Below, in pieces: positions 10,430-19,513 of a stretch of DNA of 64,000 nucleotides. The notes under the pieces were generated by a model. The model saw nothing but the letters and a program-made list of their open reading frames with translations, had not been told where the DNA came from and searched no databases. The number at the start of each line of letters is the position of its first letter. Position 1 is the stretch's first letter. Made by a program: the position numbers and the translations under genes. The stretch is from a virus, in the IMG/VR virus record IMGVR_UViG_3300020281_001713, one strand, 5' to 3'.

Positions 10430-10819
10430 ATGGCGTATTCAGATAAAGTGATAGATCATTACGAAAATCCACGTAATGTTGGCAAATGGGATCCCAAAAC
10501 AGACGGAGTAGGAACTGGAATGGTAGGAGCCCCTGCCTGTGGTGATGTTATGAGATTACAAATAAAAGTAAAAGATAACATAATAGAAGATGCCAAATTT
10601 AAAACTTATGGATGCGGTAGTGCAATAGCTTCTAGTTCTTTGCTCACAGAATGGGTCAAAGGTAGAACATTGGAAGAAGCAGGTGAAATAAAGAACGTAG
10701 AGATAGCAAACGAACTGGCTCTACCACCTGTAAAAATCCATTGTAGTGTTTTGGCAGAGGATGCTATAAAGGCCGCTATTGCAAATTACAAAGAAATAAA
10801 CGGAGAAAATAATGTATGA
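10430..10819 (+). CDS. iscU: Fe-S cluster scaffold IscU
   Basis: YSDKVIDHYENPRNVG, PACGD, YGCGSA, LPPVKIHCS. Confidence 0.97.
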   Translation: MAYSDKVIDHYENPRNVGKWDPKTDGVGTGMVGAPACGDVMRLQIKVKDNIIEDAKFKTYGCGSAIASSSLLTEWVKGRTLEEAGEIKNVEIANELALPPVKIHCSVLAEDAIKAAIANYKEINGENNV

Positions 10820-10982
10820 TAACACTCAAGCTGAACACATTTATCAACAATGGGCACAAATCCAGCAAGGCTTACCACAAGGTAACCTTGAACAGTTACT
10901 TATAAACGAGTTGCACCTTAAAAAATCCGAAGCAATACAACTTGCAAAAAAATTAAATAAAAAATATCAAAAAACAGGTTGA
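10812..10982 (+). CDS. small hypothetical protein (56 aa, not in the ORF track)
   Basis: MYDNTQAEHIYQQW...KTG; GGAG RBS; overlaps the iscU stop. Confidence 0.5.
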   Translation: MYDNTQAEHIYQQWAQIQQGLPQGNLEQLLINELHLKKSEAIQLAKKLNKKYQKTG

Positions 10983-11007
10983 CAGCCTAAACAAAAGAAA
11001 GTATACT
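10979..11007 (+). promoter_or_regulatory. sigma70 promoter
   Basis: TTGACA-17-TATACT. Confidence 0.75.
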
Positions 11008-11093
11008 GTAAAAACAATGAGGCTAAGAGAATAGCTTCTTGGTGAGCGGAGTAGTTATCTACTCCATTTTATAAACTTTGAGAGAGGTAAATT

Positions 11094-11342
11094 ATGGCTT
11101 TTACAACCATTAAAACTAACCAGAAAACTTTCTTAGAAAACTATCTAAGAGGTACTGGCAAAACTTTGACTGCGGCTGATGCCAATGCAAGGTTCGGCAT
11201 TCAAAAACTAGCGGCTAGAATGAGCGAAATGAAAGCGGCTGGCTTGAATGTTAAAACTTCAACTGCTTCAACAGGCAAAGTGAAGTATGGCATTTCTGCT
11301 CGTGACGTAAACGGCAGTAGAGCTAAGGTATTCGCTTCCTAA
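11094..11342 (+). CDS. small winged-helix DNA-binding protein
   Basis: LTAADANARFGIQKLAARMSEMKAAG HTH pattern; GAGG RBS. Confidence 0.7.
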   Translation: MAFTTIKTNQKTFLENYLRGTGKTLTAADANARFGIQKLAARMSEMKAAGLNVKTSTASTGKVKYGISARDVNGSRAKVFAS

Positions 11343-11358
11343 CATAAAAAGCGACACG

Positions 11359-11386
11359 AAAAAGGCGTCTCAGGGCGCCTTTTTTT
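11359..11386 (+). terminator. intrinsic terminator
   Basis: AGGCGTC-TCAG-GGCGCCT followed by a T run. Confidence 0.8.
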
Positions 11387-11538
11387 ACGACCACACAAGG
11401 AGAACGACTTCTCGATATACGTAAAGAGAATAGTTATAAACTGTGTATTGATCGCAATGACTTGGATCATAGAGAATGAACCAGAACTTTGTCGATTCAA
11501 AAAAAAGGGCGAACAATCCTCAGTGGTTGAAATCGAAG

Positions 11539-11569
11539 TTGACATCTAATAAAATCTATGTTATAAATA
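11539..11569 (+). promoter_or_regulatory. tmRNA promoter (sigma70 with overlapping TATAAATA late-type box)
   Basis: TTGACA-17-TATAAA; TATAAATA at 11562-11569. Confidence 0.65.
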
Positions 11570-11571
11570 AA

Positions 11572-11841
11572 CTGCAACGTTGAAGCAAGCTCAACGACAT
11601 ACTGGACCCGGGGGCGGTACCCGGCGACTCCACCATAAACACATTTTACCGCAAGTGTGCTTATGATGGGGTCGAAATAGGATCGACAGGTGTTTAATAG
11701 GTAAGTGGAGTTGTCCGGATGTAAGCTCGGTTAACGCGAACAAAAACTATAATTGCAAATGACAATTATGCGCCAGAAATGGCAATGGCGGCCTAAATAG
11801 GCTTTCCGGGGTGGGTACTACCTGGCAACAGAAGTGCCAAC
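11572..11841 (+). ncRNA. ssrA: two-piece (circularly permuted) tmRNA, tag (A)ANDNYAPEMAMAA; outer ends approximate
   Basis: Acceptor piece ...GGGGGCGGTACCCGGCGACTCCACCA (CCA 11633-11635) lies before the 5' piece GGGGTCGAAATAGGATCGAC (11668); G3-U70 pair; tag ORF 11755-11796. Confidence 0.95.
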
Positions 11842-11917
11842 TATTTACAAAAAGACATATTTTTTGATAAGTAAAAGTGCAAGAAATATTTGCAATCCAA
11901 AAAACGAAAGGAATACA

Positions 11918-12505
11918 ATGACAAAATATTTTGTAACGATCATCGCTGTGGCTTTATTTTCTTCAGTCGCAGTCGCAGATGATTTTGATAATACAGCACT
12001 TACACTGGCCGTAGAAGGCACTGACTACGGTATTGAATTATCAGCTAATGAAACAAGTAGATCATTTGAACTACACACTAATGATATGCCAGTAGCTCAA
12101 TATGCTGTTGGCATGACAGATAATGAAAGTGCGAGAGATTGGAGTGTATCGGTGACACCGAGTGTCAGCCAAGACGTGAGATCTTTTACTCTTTATGTTG
12201 AACCATTATTTGGACTCAACTGGGGAGACAATCATGATAAGACACAACTAGAACTTACACCAACAATAGGTGCTTCTTATCATGGCAGACCTGAAGCAAT
12301 ACCTTACTTCGAAATAACAGGCAGGAACGTTGCCGAAGCAGGTGACATTTTTGATATAGAAGCTAGTGAAAGGATTGCAACACTTGGTGCTATAGTACCA
12401 GTTAATCCAGTAGTTGATGTTGACTTAATGATGATTCAAACAATGGACAAAGAATGGGACAATGCGAATAGACAAATAGAAGCAAAGCTTTCTATAAAGT
12501 TTTAA
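11918..12505 (+). CDS. outer-membrane beta-barrel/porin-like protein
   Basis: AAGGA RBS, signal peptide ending AVA, alternating beta strands, C-terminal Phe (AKLSIKF). Confidence 0.65.
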   Translation: MTKYFVTIIAVALFSSVAVADDFDNTALTLAVEGTDYGIELSANETSRSFELHTNDMPVAQYAVGMTDNESARDWSVSVTPSVSQDVRSFTLYVEPLFGLNWGDNHDKTQLELTPTIGASYHGRPEAIPYFEITGRNVAEAGDIFDIEASERIATLGAIVPVNPVVDVDLMMIQTMDKEWDNANRQIEAKLSIKF

Positions 12506-12521
12506 TTTACCATTTTTATAG

Positions 12522-12550
12522 AAAGAGGTCGCCTTAAGCGGCCTTTTTTT
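12522..12550 (+). terminator. intrinsic terminator
   Basis: AGGTCGC-CTTAA-GCGGCCT plus T run. Confidence 0.8.
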
Positions 12551-12583
12551 ATGACTAAATATTACGTAATAGAAAGGAAGCAG

Positions 12584-12781
12584 ATGATAAAAAATTTAAA
12601 AGATTTAATCATATGCGTTTTGGTTGCAGGAGTATTAGTTTTATTAGGTATTATCATTATTGGAGATTATTATGTTGCCTTACAAGAAAACAGACCAGTT
12701 GACGAAAGCGTAATCACATTAATGAAAATGAGCTTAACAGGGATGATCGGTATAATTGCTGGTTACATAGGGAGTAGATAA
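12584..12781 (+). CDS. small two-TM membrane protein
   Basis: AAGGAAG RBS; two hydrophobic helices. Confidence 0.6.
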   Translation: MIKNLKDLIICVLVAGVLVLLGIIIIGDYYVALQENRPVDESVITLMKMSLTGMIGIIAGYIGSR

Positions 12782-13242
12782 TGTACGAATATAGATGTAA
12801 AGTTGTAAAAGTAATAGACGGTGACACAGTTGATGTAGATATAGATCTAGGGTTTGGTATCTGGCAAATGGACGAGCGAGTCCGTATTATGGGTATAGAT
12901 ACTCCAGAAAGTAGAACACGAGATAAAGTAGAAAAAGCATTTGGATTAGCCGCAAAAGCTAAATTAAAAGAATTACTTAAAGGCACTCCTACTTTAAAAA
13001 CACAAATTAACAAACACGGCGAAGATATGAAAGGCAAGTTTGGAAGAATACTTGGCGACTTTATTGTTGAAGATGGGTATGGCGGATACAAAAATGGATC
13101 TTTGGTAACTGAAATAATGATTGCTGAAGGACATGCAGTTCCATATACCGGAGGATCCAAAGAAGAAATCCAAGCCATGCATATGAAAAATCGTGAAAGG
13201 CTTATTGCTGAAGGATTAGTAACTCCTCCAAACCTAAAATAA
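12781..13242 (+). CDS. thermonuclease (SNase-like)
   Basis: VIDGDTVD, RVRIMGIDTPE, GKFGRILG. Confidence 0.9.
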   Translation: MYEYRCKVVKVIDGDTVDVDIDLGFGIWQMDERVRIMGIDTPESRTRDKVEKAFGLAAKAKLKELLKGTPTLKTQINKHGEDMKGKFGRILGDFIVEDGYGGYKNGSLVTEIMIAEGHAVPYTGGSKEEIQAMHMKNRERLIAEGLVTPPNLK

Positions 13243-13244
13243 GG

Positions 13245-13273
13245 TTGACATATACTTTCGTACATGTTATAAT
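13245..13273 (+). promoter_or_regulatory. sigma70 consensus promoter
   Basis: TTGACA-17-TATAAT, extended -10. Confidence 0.8.
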
Positions 13274-13296
13274 GAAATATAATTGTAACATGGAGA

Positions 13297-13728
13297 ATGT
13301 CTATGACTATGAGTTTGGCACGAGGGCTAACTACTCTCAACACACGAAAGCGTAAGCCTAAGAAATTTACTCTAAAACAGCAAGAGAAAAATGAAATTGA
13401 TCGTAGAGCTTATAATAAGCGTATGAAACAACTTGGCTTGCATAATCAACAAATGAATTCAGAAGAGTATGAGCAGTATCTTTTGGGTAATTATAAGTCA
13501 AAAAAGAAACAAGAGTTCAAACCTTATGTTCCAAAAGACAATCCTTTCTACAGAGAAACACCTGAAATTCCTAGCAATGGAAATGGTATAGGTAATTGCT
13601 ATAAAAAGGAAAATAACACCTATACAGGTACATTAATTACAGGTATTGCTACAATGCATAAAAGCAACGCCGTGCCTATTACTAATAAAAAACAGGCAAT
13701 TGACGTAGCCAATATGCGTAGAAACTAA
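13297..13728 (+). CDS. basic hypothetical phage protein
   Basis: GGAG RBS; C-terminal YTGTLITGIATMHKSNAVP. Confidence 0.65.
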   Translation: MSMTMSLARGLTTLNTRKRKPKKFTLKQQEKNEIDRRAYNKRMKQLGLHNQQMNSEEYEQYLLGNYKSKKKQEFKPYVPKDNPFYRETPEIPSNGNGIGNCYKKENNTYTGTLITGIATMHKSNAVPITNKKQAIDVANMRRN

Positions 13729-13770
13729 AATATGTACTTAATAACCACTGAAATTTCAATTAAATAATAG

Positions 13771-14352
13771 ATGAGGCTTACTATGAAACAGATAAGAGAC
13801 GGTCTGACCTTAGCAGTTATATCCATCTTTACTTATATGGGTACAGGATTAGCAGAAACAGTGTCAGGCATAAACGAACTGTATGCGGAAGAAGAAAGAC
13901 CGCAGGAATACTGCCTAGCACTTAATATGTATTTTGAGTCTAGAGGAAGTAGTGTTGCCGACATGGCAGGCGTGAGTGATGTAGTACTAAATAGAGTAAA
14001 GGATGCGAGATATCCTAATACAATTTGCGAAGTTATTAAGCAAGGTCCAGTAAGAGAAAGTTGGAAAACTAAAAAAGATCCAGACTTACTTGATCATGAA
14101 AGAGTATATAATCCTGTAAGACACAAATGCCAATTTAGTTGGTATTGTGACGGCAAAGCTGATGTTCCACGTAACCAAGATTTATGGCACCTAGTGCAGA
14201 ACATGGCATACTTAATGATCTGGGAAAAGAAGTATGTAGGTATTACTGAAGGATCTACGCATTATCACGCAGAATATGTAAACCCAAGGTGGGCGAATGG
14301 TTTACATTTAACGGGTAGAATAGGAAAGCATATATTCTACCGCTGGGAATAG
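13771..14352 (+). CDS. SleB-like cell wall hydrolase (Hydrolase_2)
   Basis: CLALNMYFESRG, VLNRV, YPNTICEV, CQFSWYCDGK, THYHA, HIFY. Confidence 0.92.
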   Translation: MRLTMKQIRDGLTLAVISIFTYMGTGLAETVSGINELYAEEERPQEYCLALNMYFESRGSSVADMAGVSDVVLNRVKDARYPNTICEVIKQGPVRESWKTKKDPDLLDHERVYNPVRHKCQFSWYCDGKADVPRNQDLWHLVQNMAYLMIWEKKYVGITEGSTHYHAEYVNPRWANGLHLTGRIGKHIFYRWE

Positions 14353-14361
14353 GAGAAACAT

Positions 14362-16281
14362 ATGTTTTTAGGGGTATTAGTTTTACTTACGGCTCTGACC
14401 ATCTCCGCCGTTGCTATCTATTATAGTGTCAGTGGATTGGTTGCAATATTTGCGGCCGCGGCTCTGCCGATTATGATTATGGGAGGAGTACTAGAAGTTG
14501 GTAAACTAGTTACCGCAGTTTGGCTTCATAGGTACTGGGCACAAACAAAGTGGTGGCTAAAGTCTTATCTGTCTTTAGCTGTCATATTACTAATGTTTAT
14601 TACAAGCATGGGCATATTTGGGTTCCTATCTAAAGCTCACATAGAACAAACAAGTGCAAGTGAAGAAAGTGTTGCACAAGTACAAAGAATAGATACAGAA
14701 ATAGCAAGATATAATGCAGTAATAGATAGAGCAGAAGAAAAAATTGAGACCTTAGAAACTAGAGGTACAGGCGGACAATCAAATATACAATCCCAAATTG
14801 ATATCGAAGAAGAAAGAATTAAAACAGCATATGAAAGATATCAACCACAAATTGAAGAACAACAAAAAATAATTGACCAACAACAAGAACTTTACAATAA
14901 TCAATTAACCCAACTTGATGATTTATTAGGAAGTGTGCAAGAGTTTATTGCACAAGGAACAGATTCTTCTATCAAACAAGCACAAACAATTATAGGAACA
15001 AGAGCAGATGGAAATTGGGGAAGTGGATCAGCCAGAACTTATCGAAATTGGGTAGCAACACAAGAAGAACGTAGACAAGAAATAATTTCTAAAATTGAGC
15101 AACTTGCCAATAATCCTACTGTGATTGCCGCAAGAGAAGAAATATTAAGATTAAGGGGATTAGCTGAGAAGCAAATAGAGGAATCTAACAGACTAATTAC
15201 TTCTTATAGGGAACAGTTATCAAGCAACAGAACCATAGATGTGGGTAGCTTGATTGATGCAGAGTTAGCAAAAATAAATGAAACTAATGACAACATAGAC
15301 AAGCTTACAGAAGAAAAGTATGCATTAGAAGCCGAGTATAGAAAATTAGAAGCAGAAGTAGGACCTATCAAATACATTGCTGAATTTGTTTATGGCGAAC
15401 AAGCTGACAAAGATCTATTAGAACAAGCAGTTAGATGGGTTATCTTACTAATTATATTTGTTTTTGATCCGCTTGCAGTTTTACTATTAATTGCAAGTCA
15501 GTATACTTTTGAGACTATACGCAATAAAAAACCAAAAAAAGAAGTTTTTGACTGGGATGACTATGAGCATAAAAGGGCACAAGCAATAGTTGATAATCCT
15601 GGACCAGAGGGAGATAAAGATGTCAATGTCAATGAAGCACCTGATAGTGTCGATGATGAACTTGCACAATCATCAGCCACAGAAGAAGAACAAGCAGTTG
15701 ATAAGCAACCTGAACAAACAGAATCAAGAGCCGAAGACGAAGCCAGCGATGACTCCAGCAGAGCTGAAAGAGATATTGGGGGACAGCCTGGAACCCCGCC
15801 TTTGGGAGACGATACAGTTTACGAAATAGCAAAAAGTACAGCCTCTATGACAATGGAACCATTTGACGGAAAGTTAGCTGAAGAAACAGTAAAAGAGCAA
15901 ATGGAGGCTGAAGAACTTGTACCAGATGTAATCGAGCCAGCAGTTAATATGAAAATTGATGAAGAATGGCAAGAAAGAGAAAAGCCAGAAACTAAAAAAA
16001 AACAAGAATCATCGGAACGTTTAAAGGCTCTTGAAGAAAAGGAAAATGACGAAGAGTATGTTGCCGCAAGGACAAAATGGAAAGCTGAAAATCCTGATCA
16101 AACTCTGAAGCACTATAAAAACTTATATGCAAAAGGAGTTATAGATTCATTACCTTGGGAGCAAAATACAATAGAAAATAAGTATACTCGTGAGCCACTT
16201 ACTGAAGTAATTGAACCAGAAGGATATTCACAAAACAGTGAACAAAATGAAAATACTCTTTTTAACAAACTTAAAAAATAG
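14362..16281 (+). CDS. multi-TM coiled-coil membrane protein with possible peptidoglycan-binding motif
   Basis: Three N-terminal TM helices, long coiled coil, AQTIIGTRADGNWG, IFVFDPLAV TM, acidic tail. Confidence 0.65.
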   Translation: MFLGVLVLLTALTISAVAIYYSVSGLVAIFAAAALPIMIMGGVLEVGKLVTAVWLHRYWAQTKWWLKSYLSLAVILLMFITSMGIFGFLSKAHIEQTSASEESVAQVQRIDTEIARYNAVIDRAEEKIETLETRGTGGQSNIQSQIDIEEERIKTAYERYQPQIEEQQKIIDQQQELYNNQLTQLDDLLGSVQEFIAQGTDSSIKQAQTIIGTRADGNWGSGSARTYRNWVATQEERRQEIISKIEQLANNPTVIAAREEILRLRGLAEKQIEESNRLITSYREQLSSNRTIDVGSLIDAELAKINETNDNIDKLTEEKYALEAEYRKLEAEVGPIKYIAEFVYGEQADKDLLEQAVRWVILLIIFVFDPLAVLLLIASQYTFETIRNKKPKKEVFDWDDYEHKRAQAIVDNPGPEGDKDVNVNEAPDSVDDELAQSSATEEEQAVDKQPEQTESRAEDEASDDSSRAERDIGGQPGTPPLGDDTVYEIAKSTASMTMEPFDGKLAEETVKEQMEAEELVPDVIEPAVNMKIDEEWQEREKPETKKKQESSERLKALEEKENDEEYVAARTKWKAENPDQTLKHYKNLYAKGVIDSLPWEQNTIENKYTREPLTEVIEPEGYSQNSEQNENTLFNKLKK

Positions 16282-16288
16282 GCTGTAA

Positions 16289-16687
16289 TTGAAGAATATA
16301 AACATAATCACACCGCCAGATAAATTATTCAACGATGCCCTACAAGTGTTGCTAGTGTTTCCTACAAAAGAAACACAAGAACAAGTGCAATCTAATCTTC
16401 TTGCTTATGTAGAAGAAGATGTCAACATTTATTATTATGATGCAGAAGTATGTGCTGAAAAGGATATAGATTGGCTTTTAACTGTGTTCAAAATGTCCGA
16501 TTTAGCAATAATTGATATAGATAATGTCCAACCTTATGCAAGAGATCTAATTGGATACATGATTGCAAAGCCAAAATCTTTCTGGTTGACAAAAGGCCAG
16601 AACATAGTGTATAATAAATTAAGTAAAAATGAAATAACGGATTTTAAATTTTTGTCCAAGTTAGGAGGTAATTTTGAGACGAAATAA
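16289..16687 (+). CDS. hypothetical protein
   Basis: Packed ORF, TTG start. Confidence 0.6.
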   Translation: MKNINIITPPDKLFNDALQVLLVFPTKETQEQVQSNLLAYVEEDVNIYYYDAEVCAEKDIDWLLTVFKMSDLAIIDIDNVQPYARDLIGYMIAKPKSFWLTKGQNIVYNKLSKNEITDFKFLSKLGGNFETK

Positions 16688-16925
16688 AGGTGGCTTTCGC
16701 CACAACAAAGAAAAACCACTCGGCAAAGGTTTATACGTCGAAGTTAGGAATAACGATCTAAATTGGGCACTACGGAAGTTTAAGAAAAAAGTACAAGAAG
16801 ATGGTGTCTTGCAAGAATTTAAAGAGAGGCAGTTTTACACTAAACCAAGTGAAAAACGTAAAAGAGCTAAAGCCGCAGGCAGGGCTAGATGGCTAAAGAA
16901 ATTAGAAAAGCAAAGGTTGGATTAA
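16674..16925 (+). CDS. rpsU: ribosomal protein bS21
   Basis: VEVRNNDLNWALRKFKKKV...ERQFYTKPSEKRKR; AGGAGG RBS. Confidence 0.92.
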   Translation: MRRNKGGFRHNKEKPLGKGLYVEVRNNDLNWALRKFKKKVQEDGVLQEFKERQFYTKPSEKRKRAKAAGRARWLKKLEKQRLD

Positions 16926-16926
16926 A

Positions 16927-18051
16927 ATGCGTATTGAAGAAGATGTGAAATTGGATTTCAAAGATGTTCTTTTCAAACCAAAGCGAAGTAAGTTAGAAAG
17001 TCGCCGAGACGTTGATTTGACAAGGACATTTAAGTTTCATAACAGTGGAAATGAATGGACTGGCGTTCCTATTATGGCAAGTAATATGGACGGAGTAGGT
17101 ACGTTCGAAATGGCTAAAATCTTACAAGAACATAAGATGATTACAGTCATGCGAAAACATTATACCATTGATGATTGGAAAGAACAAAGTCAAGGCGTCA
17201 AAATGAAATACCTTAGTGTATGCACAGGCACAGGTGTTATATGGGATTCTAATGCACAAGATTATGCTACAATGAAAGCAGTGCTAGAAATGTATCCAGA
17301 CATCAAATTTATTACTGTTGATGTAGCTAATGCATATCACGAAAACTATGCAGAATTCATTGCTAGATTAAGAGATGCTTATCCAGATAAAACTATTGTA
17401 GCAGGAAATGTAATTTCTGCAGAAATGGTCGAAGAACTTATTATCAGAGGAGCAGATATTGTAAAGTGTGGTATTGGACCAGGTAGTGTTTGCACTACAC
17501 GTTTGATGACTGGTGTAGGTGTACCACAACTTTCAGGAATTATTGAATGTGCTGATGCGGCTAATGGTATAGGCGGACATATGATTGCAGACGGAGGTTG
17601 TGTATATCCAGGTGATGTAAGTAAAGCATTTGGAGCAGGCGCACACTTTGTTATGCTTGGAGGTATGCTAGCTGGACATAAAGAAGGTGGCGGCAATATT
17701 ATAACAAAGCACACTGCAACTGGAGGCGCATTTAAAGCAGAAAGCGGAACTTATGTACCACACTTTGCTGAACAAAACTTTGTTGAGTTTTATGGTATGA
17801 GTTCAGATGCGGCTATGGCTACACATGGAACCCGTAAAGATGGATATAGAGGAGCAGAAGGTAAAGTTGTTTCTATTCCATACAAAGGCAATGTGCAAGA
17901 CACATTAACTGAAATTTTAGGCGGTGTACGATCTACTTGTACATATATAGGTGCTAAAAGGCTAAAAGACATGTCAAAATGCACTACATTTGTACGTTGT
18001 ACACAACAAGTAAACCAGATATTTACTCCCTTTGACGTACAAAAGGGATAA
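16927..18051 (+). CDS. guaC: GMP reductase
   Basis: MRIEEDVKLDFKDVL, ASNMD, DVANAY, GIGPGSVCTTR, ADGGC, FYGMSS. Confidence 0.95.
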   Translation: MRIEEDVKLDFKDVLFKPKRSKLESRRDVDLTRTFKFHNSGNEWTGVPIMASNMDGVGTFEMAKILQEHKMITVMRKHYTIDDWKEQSQGVKMKYLSVCTGTGVIWDSNAQDYATMKAVLEMYPDIKFITVDVANAYHENYAEFIARLRDAYPDKTIVAGNVISAEMVEELIIRGADIVKCGIGPGSVCTTRLMTGVGVPQLSGIIECADAANGIGGHMIADGGCVYPGDVSKAFGAGAHFVMLGGMLAGHKEGGGNIITKHTATGGAFKAESGTYVPHFAEQNFVEFYGMSSDAAMATHGTRKDGYRGAEGKVVSIPYKGNVQDTLTEILGGVRSTCTYIGAKRLKDMSKCTTFVRCTQQVNQIFTPFDVQKG

Positions 18052-18058
18052 ATAAAAG

Positions 18059-18141
18059 TGTAAGGCAATGTATGCTTTACATTAACCGAGTGCCGAAAGG
18101 GCTCATTTTATAAATCTTGCTTATTAAAGGAGAAAACAATG
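18059..18141 (+). promoter_or_regulatory. ROSE-like RNA thermometer in the hsp20 leader
   Basis: Two upstream hairpins, then TCTTGCTT-ATTA-AAGGAGA: U(U/C)GCU pairs with the SD with a bulged G. Confidence 0.7.
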
Positions 18142-18597
18142 ACAAGACTAACAACCCTAGATATCAACCCCCATTTTCAAAGAGCAACTATTGGATTTGA
18201 TCGAATCTTTGATCAACTCGAAAGACAGTTTGCTAATAGTCCAAACGGACAGGGGTATCCACCATATAACATTGCACAGTTGAACGAAGATGAGTTTATG
18301 ATCTCTCTTGCAGTTGCTGGCTTTGGTATGGATAATTTAGATATCACCAAAGACGGTGAAACCTTAAGAATTGAAGGGACTGCACCGGGTGGTGACGATC
18401 AAATAAATTATTTACACAAAGGAATTGGTGGACGTAATTTCCGTAGGGAATTTACACTTGCTGAACATGTTGAAGTTGTAAATGCTCAACTTGAACTTGG
18501 TATGCTTAATGTACACCTAAAGCGTAACTTACCGGAAGAATTACAGCCTAAAAAAATTAAAATTAATGAAGGCGTAACAATCGACCAAAGCAAGTAA
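18139..18597 (+). CDS. small heat-shock protein Hsp20 (IbpA-like)
   Basis: GYPPYNI, LAVAGF, YLHKGI, FRREFTL, GMLNVHL. Confidence 0.96.
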   Translation: MTRLTTLDINPHFQRATIGFDRIFDQLERQFANSPNGQGYPPYNIAQLNEDEFMISLAVAGFGMDNLDITKDGETLRIEGTAPGGDDQINYLHKGIGGRNFRREFTLAEHVEVVNAQLELGMLNVHLKRNLPEELQPKKIKINEGVTIDQSK

Positions 18598-18646
18598 TAG
18601 GCATCTGGGGGAGTACTAGTTATTCCCCCATACCTAGGAGGAAAAA

Positions 18647-18958
18647 ATGACTACAGTGACAGATATAGATGTTAAAATAGATGAAAAGATCAAAGATCTT
18701 ATTCAAGAACCTAGCCGTTATAATGTCATCTTTCTAAACGATGATGCCACACCCATGGAATGGGTAATTGACTTATTAGTAAGAGTATTCAAACATACTC
18801 AGACTTCCGCACAAAATCTAACATTGGAGATACATACTAATGGTAGTGCAGTTGTCGGCACTTACAGCTATGAAATTGCCGAACAGAAAGCTATAGAATC
18901 TACTACAGCAAGTAGAGAAAACGGCTTTCCACTACAGATTAAAGTGGAAGTGGAATAA
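18647..18958 (+). CDS. clpS: Clp protease adaptor ClpS
   Basis: YNVIFLNDDATPMEWV, IHTNGSAVVG, FPLQ. Confidence 0.93.
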   Translation: MTTVTDIDVKIDEKIKDLIQEPSRYNVIFLNDDATPMEWVIDLLVRVFKHTQTSAQNLTLEIHTNGSAVVGTYSYEIAEQKAIESTTASRENGFPLQIKVEVE

Positions 18959-19513
18959 ATGTCGAACTTAAAAGAGTTAACTTGGGAACATCACAAGAAC
19001 GCTGAGCGACAAGAATTTGTTAAAGAACTAATGTCCGGAGACATATCAAAAAAAAGATATGCAACTCTTTTATTTAATTTACATCCATGCTATAATATTT
19101 TAGAAACATTTGCACGATTATATGATCTTTTAGATGTTAGACTCGCACCATCTATACATGCAGACTATCATGAATTATGGAACGAAACTGAGGAGTACCA
19201 ACCACCATTACTGCCAGTAGTAAGAGAATATATGGATCACATAGTATCAATACAAGAAGATCCAGACAAATTAATGGCACATCTATATGTTAGACATATG
19301 GGTGATCTTAGTGGAGGACAAATGATAGCAAAGAAAGTACCAGGATCTGGAACCATGTATAAGTTTAACGAAGATGTAAAAGTGCTGAAAGAAAAAATAC
19401 GTGCTAGGCTAGATGACAGTATGGCTGAAGAAGCAAAAATAGCATTTACTTTCGCTACTAAACTATTTAAACAAATGATGGAAATTGAAAATGGTAGCAA
19501 ACAAAAACACTGA
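18959..19513 (+). CDS. heme oxygenase
   Basis: LKELTWEHHKNAE (heme-ligand His), AHLYVRHMGDLSGGQMI. Confidence 0.93.
   Translation: MSNLKELTWEHHKNAERQEFVKELMSGDISKKRYATLLFNLHPCYNILETFARLYDLLDVRLAPSIHADYHELWNETEEYQPPLLPVVREYMDHIVSIQEDPDKLMAHLYVRHMGDLSGGQMIAKKVPGSGTMYKFNEDVKVLKEKIRARLDDSMAEEAKIAFTFATKLFKQMMEIENGSKQKH

Noticed and set aside
11019-11066. Two hairpins in the leader of the winged-helix gene
   Set aside because: Possible autoregulatory leader, but no recognisable motif or alternative fold to support it.
11388-11549. Possible small ORFs between the terminator and the tmRNA promoter
   Set aside because: No convincing RBS and start pair on either strand.
11834-11917. N-terminal extension of the beta-barrel ORF from GTG 11834
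   Set aside because: Overlaps the tmRNA end; the RBS and signal peptide fit ATG 11918.
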